From positions 70,747 through 119,170 of the forward strand of contig JBNGIO010006293.1 of NCBI GenBank assembly GCA_049999805.1: DNA of 48,424 nucleotides. The letters run 5' to 3'. This document shows positions 30,875 to 42,014 of this stretch, piece by piece. The stretch's first letter is position 1; each line of letters opens with the position of its first letter. The stretch is from Folioceros fuciformis. Its lineage: Eukaryota. The position numbers were made by a program, and so were the translations under genes. Under the pieces are notes generated by a model, which saw only the letters and a program-made list of their open reading frames with translations, had not been told where the DNA came from and searched no databases.

Positions 30875-33529
30875 ATGGCCACAGTATGGCAACCGGACCT
30901 GTTTTGGACCCAACAAATTGGAATGTGCGCAGGGATCGCTGCCCACAGTCATTCCGGTAGAGAATTTCCGGCAAACAACGTACACAGGATCAGCGCTGTG
31001 AGGAAATGTGTGGGTGGGGACGGGATTGCCAAAGATGGCCGTTGCCAGGAGCAGTTTTGGCAACAATTGTTTCTGGATCCTACCATGTGGTGGGACAACA
31101 GACGGGAACAGAAGAGCTCCCGTTCGCCTGGCTTCCGGTGCAAGAGGTCCAGCAAGGTCCTGTGGTCAAACAACGTGGTTAAGCCAGCTTTGGTTGATGA
31201 GCAGCTCGTTTCCTCGGATATCCAAATGGGTCATGGTGATTCTCCTTCCAATTCGGGCTATCGTGATAAGCCTGTGCCTGGCAGGTGTGCAGGATCGAGA
31301 TTGGGTGTCGTAACTGCTGGAGCAGTGAGCATGGCATGTCAGCAAGGGAAGCTTTGTGATGCCGTTGGAGCTCTGGAATCTCTGGCCCAGTCAGGTTCTG
31401 CCATTTCCCAGTCTCTGCTATATACAGTGCTAAAACTGTGTACAGCTAAGAAGGACTTGGTTGTTGGGCGACGCGTTCATGATCTAACTGCCAAACTGGG
31501 GTATGAGTCGAGTGCTTACTTGGGGAACCATGTATTGCGAATGTACGCATGTGGAGGTAGGCTGCAGGAGGCCATGAATGTGTTCACCAGGGTGGGCAAA
31601 CCAAACGTCTTCATGTGGTTTTCCATCATCTCTGCACATGCGAAGCATGGGCAACCTGAGGAGGCCATACACCTGTACCATGAGATGCGTGGGTCAGGAG
31701 TGAGGGCGAATAGTCATGTCTTTGTAGCTGCCCTTCAGGCTTGCGCATTTGCAACGGATTTGGATTCTGGCAGAAAAGTGCACCGTGATGTTTTGCACAG
31801 TGGCACTCCCATTGACTTGTTTGTTGGCAACTCCCTGGTGGACATGTATGCCAAATGCGGGGAACTGAAAGATGCACGCCAGGTTTCTGAAAGCATGGCC
31901 AAAACGGATGTAGTGACATGGACGACGCTGATATCTGGGTACGCAAGACGTGGTGAAATGGAAGATGCCCGCCAGGTTTTTGATAGCATGAACGCAAAGA
32001 ATGTAATGACATGGACTGCCCTGATAGCTGGGTATGCCCAGCAAGGGCTGGGACATGAGGCGCTTGCTGTGTATGGACGAATGGAGGCGGAGGGCCTCAT
32101 TTTGGCTGACCATGTCACTTTTGCCTGCCTTCTGAAAGCCTGTGCAAGCGCTTGCGCCTTACAGAAGGGCAGGCAGCTGCACTCGCAGATTGTCGAAAGA
32201 GGACTGCTGGATAACGTAGTGGTGGGCACCTGCCTGGTGGACATGTATGCAAAATGTGGTGAACTGGAAGATGCACATCAGGTTTTCAACAGATTGGCGA
32301 CCAAGAATGTGGTGACATGGAATGCCCTGATTGCTGGGTACGCACAGCAAAGGCTTGGCCAAGAGGCGATTGTGCTGTATGGACAAATGGAGGAGGCGGG
32401 CCTCATTCTGGCTGACCATGTTACTTTTGCTTGCCTTGTGAAGGTCTGTGGCAGCAATGGTGCCTTACAGAAGGGCAGGCAGCTGCACTCACAGGTTGTT
32501 GAAAGAGGACTGCTGGATAACTTAATGTTGGGAACCTGCTTGGTAGACATGTATGCAAAATGCGGGGAACTGGAGGATGCACGCCAGGTATTCGATAGCA
32601 TGAACACGAAGGATGTGGTAACATGGACTGCTCTGATATCTGGGTATGGTACTTGCGATGAAGGTCACAAGGCGCTCGCTTGCTTGGAGGAGATGCTCGT
32701 TGCGGGTATTCAGCCTAACGATGCTACTTTTACTTGCCTTTTAGCAGCATGCAGCCATGCGGGACTGGTGCACGAGGGCCGCAAGTACTTTGCTTCCATG
32801 GCCCAACAGCACGGCATCAACCCTACTATCGAGCATCACATTTGCATGGTTGATCTTCTCGGGCGTGCAGGGCACTTGGATGAAGCAGAGCAAATGCTCC
32901 TGTCATGTGAGGGCCAAAGTAATGTTGTGGGCCTGACGTCCTTGTTAAATGCCTGCAGAAGTCACGGGGACATTGCAAGGGCAGTGTGGTGTTTTGAAAA
33001 CATCGTCAGGCTGGACCCTCAGGACGCATCTGCATACGTCCTCATGGCCAATGCGTATGCAGATGCAGGTAGGTGGACCGACGTCGACAGGGTTGGAACA
33101 CGGAGAACTTTAGCAGGAGCTAACAAGAAACCTGCAGTGGCCTGCATCGAGGTGAACAAGCAGATACATAGATTTGTGGTGGGGGACAGGGGAGAGGATG
33201 TCGCCCTTACAGTAGAGACCACGAACTCACGTCTGAAGCAGGAAGGGGGCCACGTACCTCACACAGAGCTGGTGTTGCAGCCACTGTGTGAGAAGGAAAA
33301 GGAAGACGCCCTCTGTGGGCATGCTGAGAAACTAGCTCTGGCGTTTGGTCTCTTGCACACTCCCAGTGGGACACCCCTGATGGTAACGAAGAACCTTCGC
33401 ATGTGCAGTGACTGCCACAGTTCGACTGAAATCATGTCCAGGCTTGAAAAGAGAGCCATTGTTGTAAGGGATGGGTACCGTGTGCATCGATTTGCAGCTG
33501 GTTCTTGCACTTGTAAGGGTCGACCGTGA
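30875..33529 (+). CDS. PLS-class pentatricopeptide repeat protein with E1-E2-DYW:KP (GRP-ending) domain; candidate organellar U-to-C editing factor
   Basis: About 15 P/L/S motifs ending in P2-L2-S2, then E1/E2. KPAVA replaces the PG box; HAEKLA...KNLRMCSDCH Zn site; C-terminus SCTCKGRP. Intronless, 884 aa. Confidence 0.95.
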   Translation: MATVWQPDLFWTQQIGMCAGIAAHSHSGREFPANNVHRISAVRKCVGGDGIAKDGRCQEQFWQQLFLDPTMWWDNRREQKSSRSPGFRCKRSSKVLWSNNVVKPALVDEQLVSSDIQMGHGDSPSNSGYRDKPVPGRCAGSRLGVVTAGAVSMACQQGKLCDAVGALESLAQSGSAISQSLLYTVLKLCTAKKDLVVGRRVHDLTAKLGYESSAYLGNHVLRMYACGGRLQEAMNVFTRVGKPNVFMWFSIISAHAKHGQPEEAIHLYHEMRGSGVRANSHVFVAALQACAFATDLDSGRKVHRDVLHSGTPIDLFVGNSLVDMYAKCGELKDARQVSESMAKTDVVTWTTLISGYARRGEMEDARQVFDSMNAKNVMTWTALIAGYAQQGLGHEALAVYGRMEAEGLILADHVTFACLLKACASACALQKGRQLHSQIVERGLLDNVVVGTCLVDMYAKCGELEDAHQVFNRLATKNVVTWNALIAGYAQQRLGQEAIVLYGQMEEAGLILADHVTFACLVKVCGSNGALQKGRQLHSQVVERGLLDNLMLGTCLVDMYAKCGELEDARQVFDSMNTKDVVTWTALISGYGTCDEGHKALACLEEMLVAGIQPNDATFTCLLAACSHAGLVHEGRKYFASMAQQHGINPTIEHHICMVDLLGRAGHLDEAEQMLLSCEGQSNVVGLTSLLNACRSHGDIARAVWCFENIVRLDPQDASAYVLMANAYADAGRWTDVDRVGTRRTLAGANKKPAVACIEVNKQIHRFVVGDRGEDVALTVETTNSRLKQEGGHVPHTELVLQPLCEKEKEDALCGHAEKLALAFGLLHTPSGTPLMVTKNLRMCSDCHSSTEIMSRLEKRAIVVRDGYRVHRFAAGSCTCKGRP

Positions 33530-34901
33530 GACCATTCAACAACTCTATCTTACACGGCTGAGTACTCCTGCTGCTACGATCCACCGAGATCCGATGTGTG
33601 TGCATAGCACGTGCACTTCACCACTAAACCCTAACCCTATCCACCATTCCTGTCTTGTGGAGAAAGTGTGTGCACTTCCCCTTCCCTGCGTATCCGCGCA
33701 TTTCATCTGATGTTCGCACTCCATCGATATGGAACCGACTGTCGGGTCATCCATCCCGAGAAGACCTTACTACGAGCTTCTCAAAACCAAGCAATCCAGA
33801 TACGGTGGATTCGGCATCACACATTAGTGCGATACGCAGTTTAAGCTCATTGCTGACTCTAAGGATCTGATGTGCACACCTCGCCTCAAATTCTCTACAT
33901 GCTGGCTTCTACCTGAAATCCACACAGTGGAGACTGTCTAGGCAGCAATGCATCTTCGATATTTTGCAGCATGACGGCAACTCTAGATTGAGATAGAAGG
34001 TCAAGATGCTCAAAAACCGCTTCCAAATTGAAAGCCTTTCAGGTGTTGCTTTGGAATCTGATGGACTTTGTGACCTCCACAAGCCATTGAGATTACGGGC
34101 CACTAGGTGTTTGCAGCCGTCATCTTCTCCTTCAGACCACCATCCCTCTGCTTCATAACATCTTCCTTTGGACAGAAGAATGCAAGCTAAATCAGGCTAA
34201 ACTAAACCCTAAAGTCTCTGTGAATTCATAGAGCATGGAAGCTAAATCAGGCTCGATTCAGCTTCAAAAAAAAGTAGTTCCACCTAGAAATCGCAGTCTC
34301 CTAGATTTCCAGTTGGTACTAAATCTGAATGGCTTTACGCATTATGGAGTAGTTCCAAGTAGAACGGGCTCGGAAAAGGCGAAATGAAGCGGGAGCGCGC
34401 TCGGAGACTGAGCTTGTATTTGTTCTTGGAAAATAAACGGAGGCAAGGGCGGAGGTAAAATTTGTTGACGTGCAGGGCAGGAGTTGGTGATTGCCGAAGA
34501 AGGTGGTGACGGATGGCAGCCCCTGACGCTGAGGGCAAGTCTCCATTAGGGCCTGCTCTGTTTGACGATGTGAGCTTCCTTCACTGTCTTACTGTTGCGC
34601 GCTTGCTTTCAGTGGATTGAGCCATAGTGGCGGAAGATGGGATCTGAGGTTTGGCAGGATTGCGCTTTTTTGGAAGCCGAGAGTGGTTGGACGGTGAGGG
34701 CATGGCCTTTTTGTATCAGTACCCTCCATCCGGCTTTCGATGCAGGGGAGATAGCATCCAGCAGGCCATCGAGGTTTTAGTGGGTTAGCCCTGGGTTTTG
34801 CCAGATAAGGAGACAGTCGTGTGGGATGAAATGGAATGAAGGGAAGCTGGTACGATGCTGTGTGCTCTATTTGGATGTCTTGTGTTAGGATCTGAGGTAC
34901 A

Positions 34902-37560
34902 ATGATTATGCAGGATGATTTTGACTTTGGTGGAGACGATGGCGATGATAACAAAGGTGTAGGTTAGTGTGTTTGCTAGTGCTTCACAGATTGTTGGAGG
35001 ATTTTTATTCCTGGTTTTGACTTTCCTTTCTTTTTTTTGTGGTAAATACGGTCGCAGGTGGAAAGAGAGCCTTCTCGGAGCTTGATGATGAGGACGAAGA
35101 GATATACCCCGCAAAAAAGGTATTCCTGAGAGTTTCCTTGCCACGGTTTTCTTCTTCTTGGATTAAGTGGGTCAGTCTATTGTTTGCATGGTAACGGTCT
35201 CCTGTGTGGCTGGGACAAGAGTTGGCTGTTATACTGGGCTGGTATTGGGTCATACTGACCTGGAAGTTTTGCATATGGAAAGATCTACGGNNNNNNNNNN
35301 NNNNNNNNNNNNNNNNNNNNNNNNNNNNNNNNNNNNNNNNNNNNNNNNNNNNNNNNNNNNNNNNNNNNNNNNNNNNNNNNNNNNNNNNNNGTGGTTCACT
35401 TGGTGCAGCTCCTGATCATGCTACCACCACGATCCTTAATCTGCGAGCCAGGTATGGGGCACATTTCCTTTTCAACGAAATGTGCAATGCAAGACGAAAA
35501 TGTACGTCAGTTTCTTGTTGCTGACGTGTGGGATGTATGTATTTCGGCTTGTTGCAGCCTTGCTGATCGAGAATCTGCAATCAAGTCTTTGCAGGTGCGA
35601 GCATGAGAATTTTTCCGCTGCTGCTCTGTTGTAGGCTTTGAATGACGTTAGAGCTTGCTGCGTGGTTTGGCAGCCGTATCTTGATAGTGAACTGAGACTC
35701 CTGTGAGCAGGGAACTCTCGATTCCACAACAGCAAACCTTGAGCGGTGGCATGCGGCCTTTCGCGATGAACCTTTCATGTCGGCTGATTCTGCCCCAGGT
35801 AAAGTCATGGTCTTATAGTCTGGACACGAGCCTTTCTGTCATTATTTCAGTTTGTCCAGGCAGCAGCATCTTCCTTTGACAGAGAAGTATGGTGGATACT
35901 CTCGTACATGGGACTTTTTTCTCAAAGTGTGTTGTTCGTGATTCAGTCAAAAAGTGTCTCATTTTGGATTGCTCTGTCTGGCTGTAGAACCTGAAGCGGT
36001 TGTGCAGGAATTGCAGCGCCTTAGCAACTCTGAACGCCAGATGAAAGAACAGGTGTTGCTCAGTAAACGGAGAGAGGGTGCTATGATTGTTAAGCTAGCA
36101 TCAAAGGAGCAAGAACTAAATGAAGTGAAGGTGAGAGGGACCTTGTAATGCAAAGTTTGCAAATCCCACAGTTTCCGTCTGAGTTTCTGGTCGAAAGAAT
36201 AGATCTGGTGATCTTCCAGTCGTGTGCCATGTGACATCGAACCTAAGTGATCTATAATAGTTTTCCTGGATATGCGTGTAGGCCTACACCAATGACCTGA
36301 AGCAGATGGTGAAGCCTCCCATGTTGCAGGTACATGTCGTGAATCCCCTGACATGGATGATTCCATGCCTTGTGGTTCACCACCTAATGCCTGGAATTTG
36401 TTTTTGCTACTAGGCTAGACAGCTCCTCCTTGATCCGGCTATATACGCAGAGTTCACCCGCATGAAGGTATAACCTTTACAAGCCGCATTTCATTCCGAG
36501 TGGCACAATAACTATGACCATATTAAGGGACATTACAAAACCGGTGATTTTTTTGTTGACAGTCACAACTGGAGGCGGGGGAGAAAAGAGTGAAAGAACT
36601 TCAAGATGATTTGGCTGCTATTCAATTTACTCCTCACAGCAAGAATGGCAAGATGCTGATGGCCAAATGTCGTACGTTACAAGAGGAGAATGAGGAGATC
36701 GGAAGGGAGGCATCGGAAGGGAAGGTACGATCTTGTAACTACAGTTGGGCTTTCGACGAGCTGTGGCCACATACTGTGGTTGATGCTCTTCACCCTGCAC
36801 CGGGTTTCTTCCTGTATCATCAACCGATTCCATTTGCGGATGTGGTATCCCATGCAGATACATGAATTGGAGACGAAGTTGGCAGTTCAAAAGTCTCTCA
36901 ACGCAGAATTGAAACGGGGATACCAAGGTGAGGACCATGCTGTCATGCTGTCACTAAGGCAGAACACCATTCCAGGGATGAACTTGAAATGTCTTCGTTC
37001 TTCAGCTTCTCATCCGATCTGGTGTGTATACTTCCGGGAATTGCAGAGCTGTTCGATTATGTGGAGGATCTTATCGATGACGCAGAAAAACATCAGCAAA
37101 TGGTACGGTTCTATCCTTATTTGTTCTGATCACATTTCTTGGTTACTCATCGTGCTGACCATCTTCACACCTGCACCTGTAGGTCCATATTTTGCAGCGC
37201 CAGCTGCTGCATGTGCAGAGGGAGCTTAAGCAAGCTGAGTTTCGCAAGGCGAAAGAATCACGGGACACGAAGGAACGTGACGAGGACCGAGCTAGGCAGC
37301 TAGACGCCAAGAGAGATATGGAGCATAGTGGGAGGGAGGATGAGAGGGACAGAGAGAGATCAGATCGTGACCGAGGAGATCGGGATCGAGACAGGGATAG
37401 GGACAGAGACCGTGAAAGGGATCGTGAGCGCGAGAGGGAGCGAGATCGGGACCGAGAGCGAGATCGAGACAGGGATAGGGACAGAGATCGAGATGGGAGG
37501 GATCGTGACCGTGATCGCGATCGAGATAGAGATCGCAAGAGTGTGGACAGGAAACGATGA
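34902..37560 (+). CDS. FIP37: FKBP12-interacting protein 37 / WTAP homolog (m6A writer subunit), about 12 exons, interrupted by an assembly gap; start 34902 or 34908
   Basis: DDFDFGGD, KRAFSELDDEDEEI, ILNLR, ERWHAAF, KRREGAMIVKLASKEQE, RQLLLDPAI..EFTRMK, ELQDDLAAIQFTPHSKNGKMLMAKCRTLQEENEEIG, IHELETKLAVQKS; GT-AG introns. Confidence 0.92.
35291..35390. other. Assembly gap (100 N) inside FIP37
   Basis: N run; it probably hides the acceptor of the third coding exon. Confidence 0.95.
37345..37536 (+). repeat. Coding (RD/RE)n dipeptide repeat in the FIP37 last exon
   Basis: About 30 Arg-Asp/Glu pairs with varied codons (CGAGAT, AGGGAC, CGTGAC, AGAGAT). Confidence 0.9.
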
Positions 37561-37913
37561 TTTTTCTCCATCGTGCAGCGAAGATTGTCTTGGTAGCTTG
37601 GACGAGGATTGCGTCACTGGAGAAATTGTAGAATGTAATGCAGATGAAATATTGAAAAAAAGCATGTTAGATTCTTCTTTGGGTGGTGACAACTGTCCAT
37701 GTGCGACAGGAATGGTTAGCGCTCATCAAATGCGACGGGAGTGGTTAGGGCTTGCTACATTCGTTTTGATGCTGTGGGATTGGCATGTGTTTTGACTCGG
37801 GAGCTCTCAAGTGTTTTTGTTGTTGATGCTTCCCAAGGTGAAGGATAGGAAGAAGCCAAAGTACAGCTTGGGAGTTTCTAGCCCTGAACTGGGATCATCA
37901 GCTTTGGAGACGC

Positions 37914-39290
37914 ATGAAATTCCCTAGGGCTTCGTGGAACAAGTCTTCAGGGAGACTTCAGTGTAGAAGTCTCCAGGGGATTCGTCTTGAGGGGGATTGC
38001 TCAAAGCCTCGTGTTTTTCCACTACAGCCAAACCAAAATGCCCAAGTAGGGCTTGTCCATGGTCACAGCAGGTCCAAATTGAAGCTCAATGTCAACCGTG
38101 ATGACAGTGTGATCATACAGGATATTGGGTTGCTTGATAATGTGGACAAAGTTATCAACAACACCTTCGTATGCGAGTCACGTGATAACTGTTGCTTTTG
38201 GTTTCTATTGCTGAAGGTCCTGTCACGTGCTCAGATTGGGCCCTGGTCTGAAGGCTCACAGTTTTGTCCATGGTCAGGGAATGGTATTCCTGGAACATCT
38301 CAAAGTTGACCGGAGATAGGGTACAGCGGTCTAGTTCGACTCTAGTCCGCTTTGTGAAATGTTGTAGGTGGAGATGAAATACCACTACTTCCAACGCAGG
38401 CGTGCAAGATGCTTTCTCAACGACTCCAGAATTCTTCTGTGGAATTAAGCTGAAGGACTCCAGAAATCTTCTGTGAAACAAACCTAAATCCCTCGGATAG
38501 ACTTCTTCCTGGATTCCGTGCACGCCCTCTGTGAACTACTGAAGGCATGCACGAAGTCTGAGAACAAGTCTATCCTGATGGCCTTCAGCTTCATCCCATC
38601 CCACATTTCTACCTGCTTTACAAATAGTGGTATTTCGCTTGCGCCTACACCTTCTCACAAAGTCGAACTACACAGCTGTGCACTAATTGCGGGATCATCC
38701 GATTTTAGGGTGGACAGGTCTCTTGCACGAGAACTGTTTCCAGGACCTCGCCGGTGATTCATGCACTTTACCCATCGTGGATTCTACCAAAGGCCTGCTT
38801 CTTCACCTTAATGCCTGCCACTCCTGGTTTCTCGTTAGCCCCTGCTGCCCTTCTCTGTGATTCAATCCTGATAAAAGACCTGAAGTCTCGCCCTCCAATC
38901 TCCTCTGGTATGGGTCTTGTGAGGTAGTTGAACCCCAAATTCAGTCTCACTACCCTGCTCAATTTTCTATTGGTCCTGTATACGCCTCCTTGTATATTGT
39001 TGTTGCTCAGATTCCGAAGGGCGAGCCGGGTCAAGTGCGCTGGAGACACCATCCCAGAAAGTTTCAAACTGTTGAGAGTGATGTTGGTGATGTAGGTCCC
39101 GTCGGACCACATTCCAGTGTCCTGCTTCGATTCCAGGTGATGCAGGGATCGGTCTTGGCAGCCCGCCTTTAATCCGGCGGAGTCTCCAGATCTTGTGCAA
39201 CCTGCGTAATCGCCTGCAGGTTCTGGGCATCGATGGAGAAGCTGAGGAAGCAGATGGTAAGGGGAATGAGGAGGATGAGTTCGTCGAGCT
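37914..39290 (-). pseudogene. Decayed LRR receptor-like gene
   Basis: Signal-like LILLIPLTICFLSFSIDA, LRR N-cap DPCITW...C, then ITNITLNSLKLSGMVS, NLSNNNIQG and LNLGFNYLTRPIPEEIG, broken by stops and frameshifts. The 3' limit is uncertain. Confidence 0.65.
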
Positions 39291-40189
39291 GTGAAAAACT
39301 AAGATTGCTGGATCTATCTTTTCATGTTTATGTATCTATTTTTATTGAGAAAAAAAAACAGATGGGAAGAAGGCCATGGACATGAGACAACCAAAACCCA
39401 CCCGACCACAGATGTCCGTAGTGCTATCTTGTCGTGACTCGTCTTGTGTGAGCTCATCACCTTTGCTCGGAGTTATCAGAAGTGGGTGTCCTCCATGGGC
39501 GACCATGCCTGGAAGCTTCGAGATGTTGGATGCTTGCAGGGCAACTTGCATAAGTGCTTGTATCGTCGGTCGCTGCAGGTTGCCTGCTATGTCATCTCTT
39601 GACTGCAGAATGTAGCAGGCAGCAATGGACCAGGGCCTTTTGAAGCATTCGTAGAGCTGCGCAATGACATCCAAGACCTGAGCAATCACTTTCGTTCCAA
39701 TTGTTGTGGGCACCGGTGTAATCAACCAAAAGGATCATTCCTCGGGCGGGCCTGGGCCATTCGGAAGATTCCAAGAGAGGTCATCCTCTGCTCATCTAAG
39801 AGATCCAGTAGCAGGAGGCCAAAGGAGTACACCTCTGCCCTGTCAGTGCTGGGTGCGTTGTACTCGATCCGGACGAGGTGCCAAAGTAATCCGATCGGAT
39901 CATATTGTCATCAGGACATCCTAATCCGCCTGGTTGATCCAAGGAGAGTTGTACCTGAAGCAAAATATCCCATGGTGCCCCCCGGATTTATGTGGTGGTG
40001 TGGTCGTACACAACTGGCAGTCGTGAGAAAGGCCCTCTGAAAGGACAACTTGTTCTCAGATTAGCGGGTGCAGGAGGTTCTACTGTACAGTACGTAGTTT
40101 GCACGGTTTACAACTTTCCACCGACATGTGGGAGCATTGGCTCTGAGTGGTTGGCAGGAACTGCTGCAGAATCTCCATGACTGGCGGTC

Positions 40190-41370
40190 ATGGAGATTTA
40201 GCAGCCCAAGAAAAGCGGAGCAAGACCTCACGAAACTTTCCACACGCAAGATGATGGCATGGATCGTTCAAGTGTGGCGGTTTCTGATGTCCGTGCTGGT
40301 GTAACGTCCCAGGGACTCGAATAGATCCGTTGAATAGATCTGAGGAAGGCCAGCTTGAGGCCCTGCAAGACGTGGCCATATCTTGCTTCATTCAGCAGAG
40401 CTGATATGCTGTCTGAAAAATTGTACCTTTAAAGGTGCAGGAATTGAACCCAACACCAAAGCCTGCCATCAACAGGAGGAGGAGACTTGTTAGGGCTTGC
40501 TGCCTTGAGCAATTCCACGGTGTGGTTTTAGCGGGCCCGGAGCTCAAGGCACGTTGCATATCGAACATCCCTGGTGGTAGAATCATCGTACCTGATCAAA
40601 GATGTATTCTGTGAAGCTTCAGCAATGTTGATTGTCGTAGGCATAGTCAGACAAGCCAGACTTGTATCGATCTATGAAGGCACTTGATGAACAGCGTGTT
40701 GGACTGCACAAGCCATCTTCAAATCTCCACCTCACATGGGACAACCTACAAGCTCCGCTGGTATTTCCCCATCGAACTGGTTGCAGCAATGCAAGTGCAA
40801 TCAATGCAGTGACTTTCGTTGAATTGCAAATGGAAGCCGGAATCGTCCAGGACAGCATTTTCAATCCAGCTACAGAAATTTAAAGAGCTCCGACCGAAAA
40901 CTCGAGTCCCTAGACCTTAACAAACACCGGGTCGGAGCTTAGTTTGATCCGACATGTTTCCTTGCATGTTGATGTTTGCTCAAAATGATAGCGGAGACCT
41001 GGATAAGATCTCGTTTGGCCAGTCTGGGGCCTCCTGGCCATTGAATTTCTCACTGTTGAGAACCATGGAAGTACGTGGACCTGTCCCCGATAGCCAGGTT
41101 GTCTTGACGAACCCAAGAGCGGCCTGAATTTCATCAAGACAAACAATGTACAACATGCTTGGCTCACAGGAGATTCCCCATTTCCCATGGCCAGCTTGCG
41201 GCCGGTCGGCCGAGAACACCAAGCATCGTTCCAGTTCACCGTGCACCTGACCCGGAAAAGCGCGAGGAATTGCGTCCCATTTCTCAACCCGCAAGACTGC
41301 AGTCTAGACTCTTCGAAGCCACAGAAACCAAGGAGTGCCACGCGTTGAGCAACATATCAGCCAGAGCCAT
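40190..41370 (-). pseudogene. Second, more decayed LRR receptor-like remnant
   Basis: Fragments LSWTIPASICNSTKV, NQFDGEIPAELVG, LGSIPAP and DLFNGSI in different frames with many stops. Confidence 0.5.
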
Positions 41371-41448
41371 GCAAATCCAAAGCTTCAGCCACGTAGTAAT
41401 ATCAGGAGAGACACGTTGCAGTTCTTGGTTGCAGCTCTCGGCCACGCG
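41337..41448 (+). promoter_or_regulatory. ABA-responsive promoter of the LEA gene (2 ABREs, 2 CE3-like elements, 1 RY)
   Basis: GCCACGTA 41388-41395 (=TACGTGGC), GACACGT 41410-41416 (=ACGTGTC), GCCACGCG 41337-41344 and 41441-41448, CATGCA 41368-41373. Confidence 0.7.
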
Positions 41449-41599
41449 TTGATTGAAAGTCGCTCACAAGGGCCTACATAATCACGAGGCCAGATCTGAT
41501 TGAGACATTCTGTGTTGTCATCGGGACGTTAAGGCTAGCTCATACCCTGTGATCAAGTCGTCTTTGCTGGAAACTTCGGGTTTCATTCCACAATTCAAG

Positions 41600-42014
41600 A
41601 TGCAGAGTGCCAAGCAAGCAGTAGCCAGTGCCAAGGAGAAGGCCGGAGACGTTGCGGCCAAGGTCGAGGAGAAATGGGACAAGATGAAGGCATCCGGTGA
41701 TGAGAAGGTACCAAATCTAGAACTTGTGGCAGCTTGAGCTTCAACATGTTCTGGTTTTGTGCGATGTGGATTTTTGAGATATTGAGCCCGTTCTGGGGTT
41801 GGAGCAGGTTGAAAAGGCCACTGCAAAGGACAAAGTAGCCAAGGAGGAGGCGCACGAGCGGAAGCATATCAAGGAGTCTGAAGCTGAGGCGAAGCAGCAC
41901 GAAAAGAAGATGGAGAACAAGGCTGAAACAGCGGGGCTGAGGCAGGAGGTGAACATGCAGCACACTCCTGTTACCACCCCTGGTACGGGTGTGGCACACA
42001 ATAGTGTTATCTAG
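41600..42014 (+). CDS. Late embryogenesis abundant protein, LEA_1 (group 4) family; exons 41600-41707 and 41808-42014
   Basis: MQSAKQAVASAKEK...KMKASGDEK|VEKATAKDKVAKEEAHERK..E.EA..HE is a hydrophilic helical LEA_1 pattern; phase-0 GT-AG intron 41708-41807. Confidence 0.88.

Noticed and set aside
20737-37560. Apparent RNA-modification cluster (QTRT2, PPR editor, FIP37)
   Set aside because: The genes act in different compartments and pathways, unrelated genes are interspersed, and PPR genes are very numerous in such genomes. Coincidence is likely.
37143-37795. SR-rich antisense ORF and IEIG-repeat alternative-frame ORFs
   Set aside because: They are alternative readings of the FIP37 RD/RE repeat.
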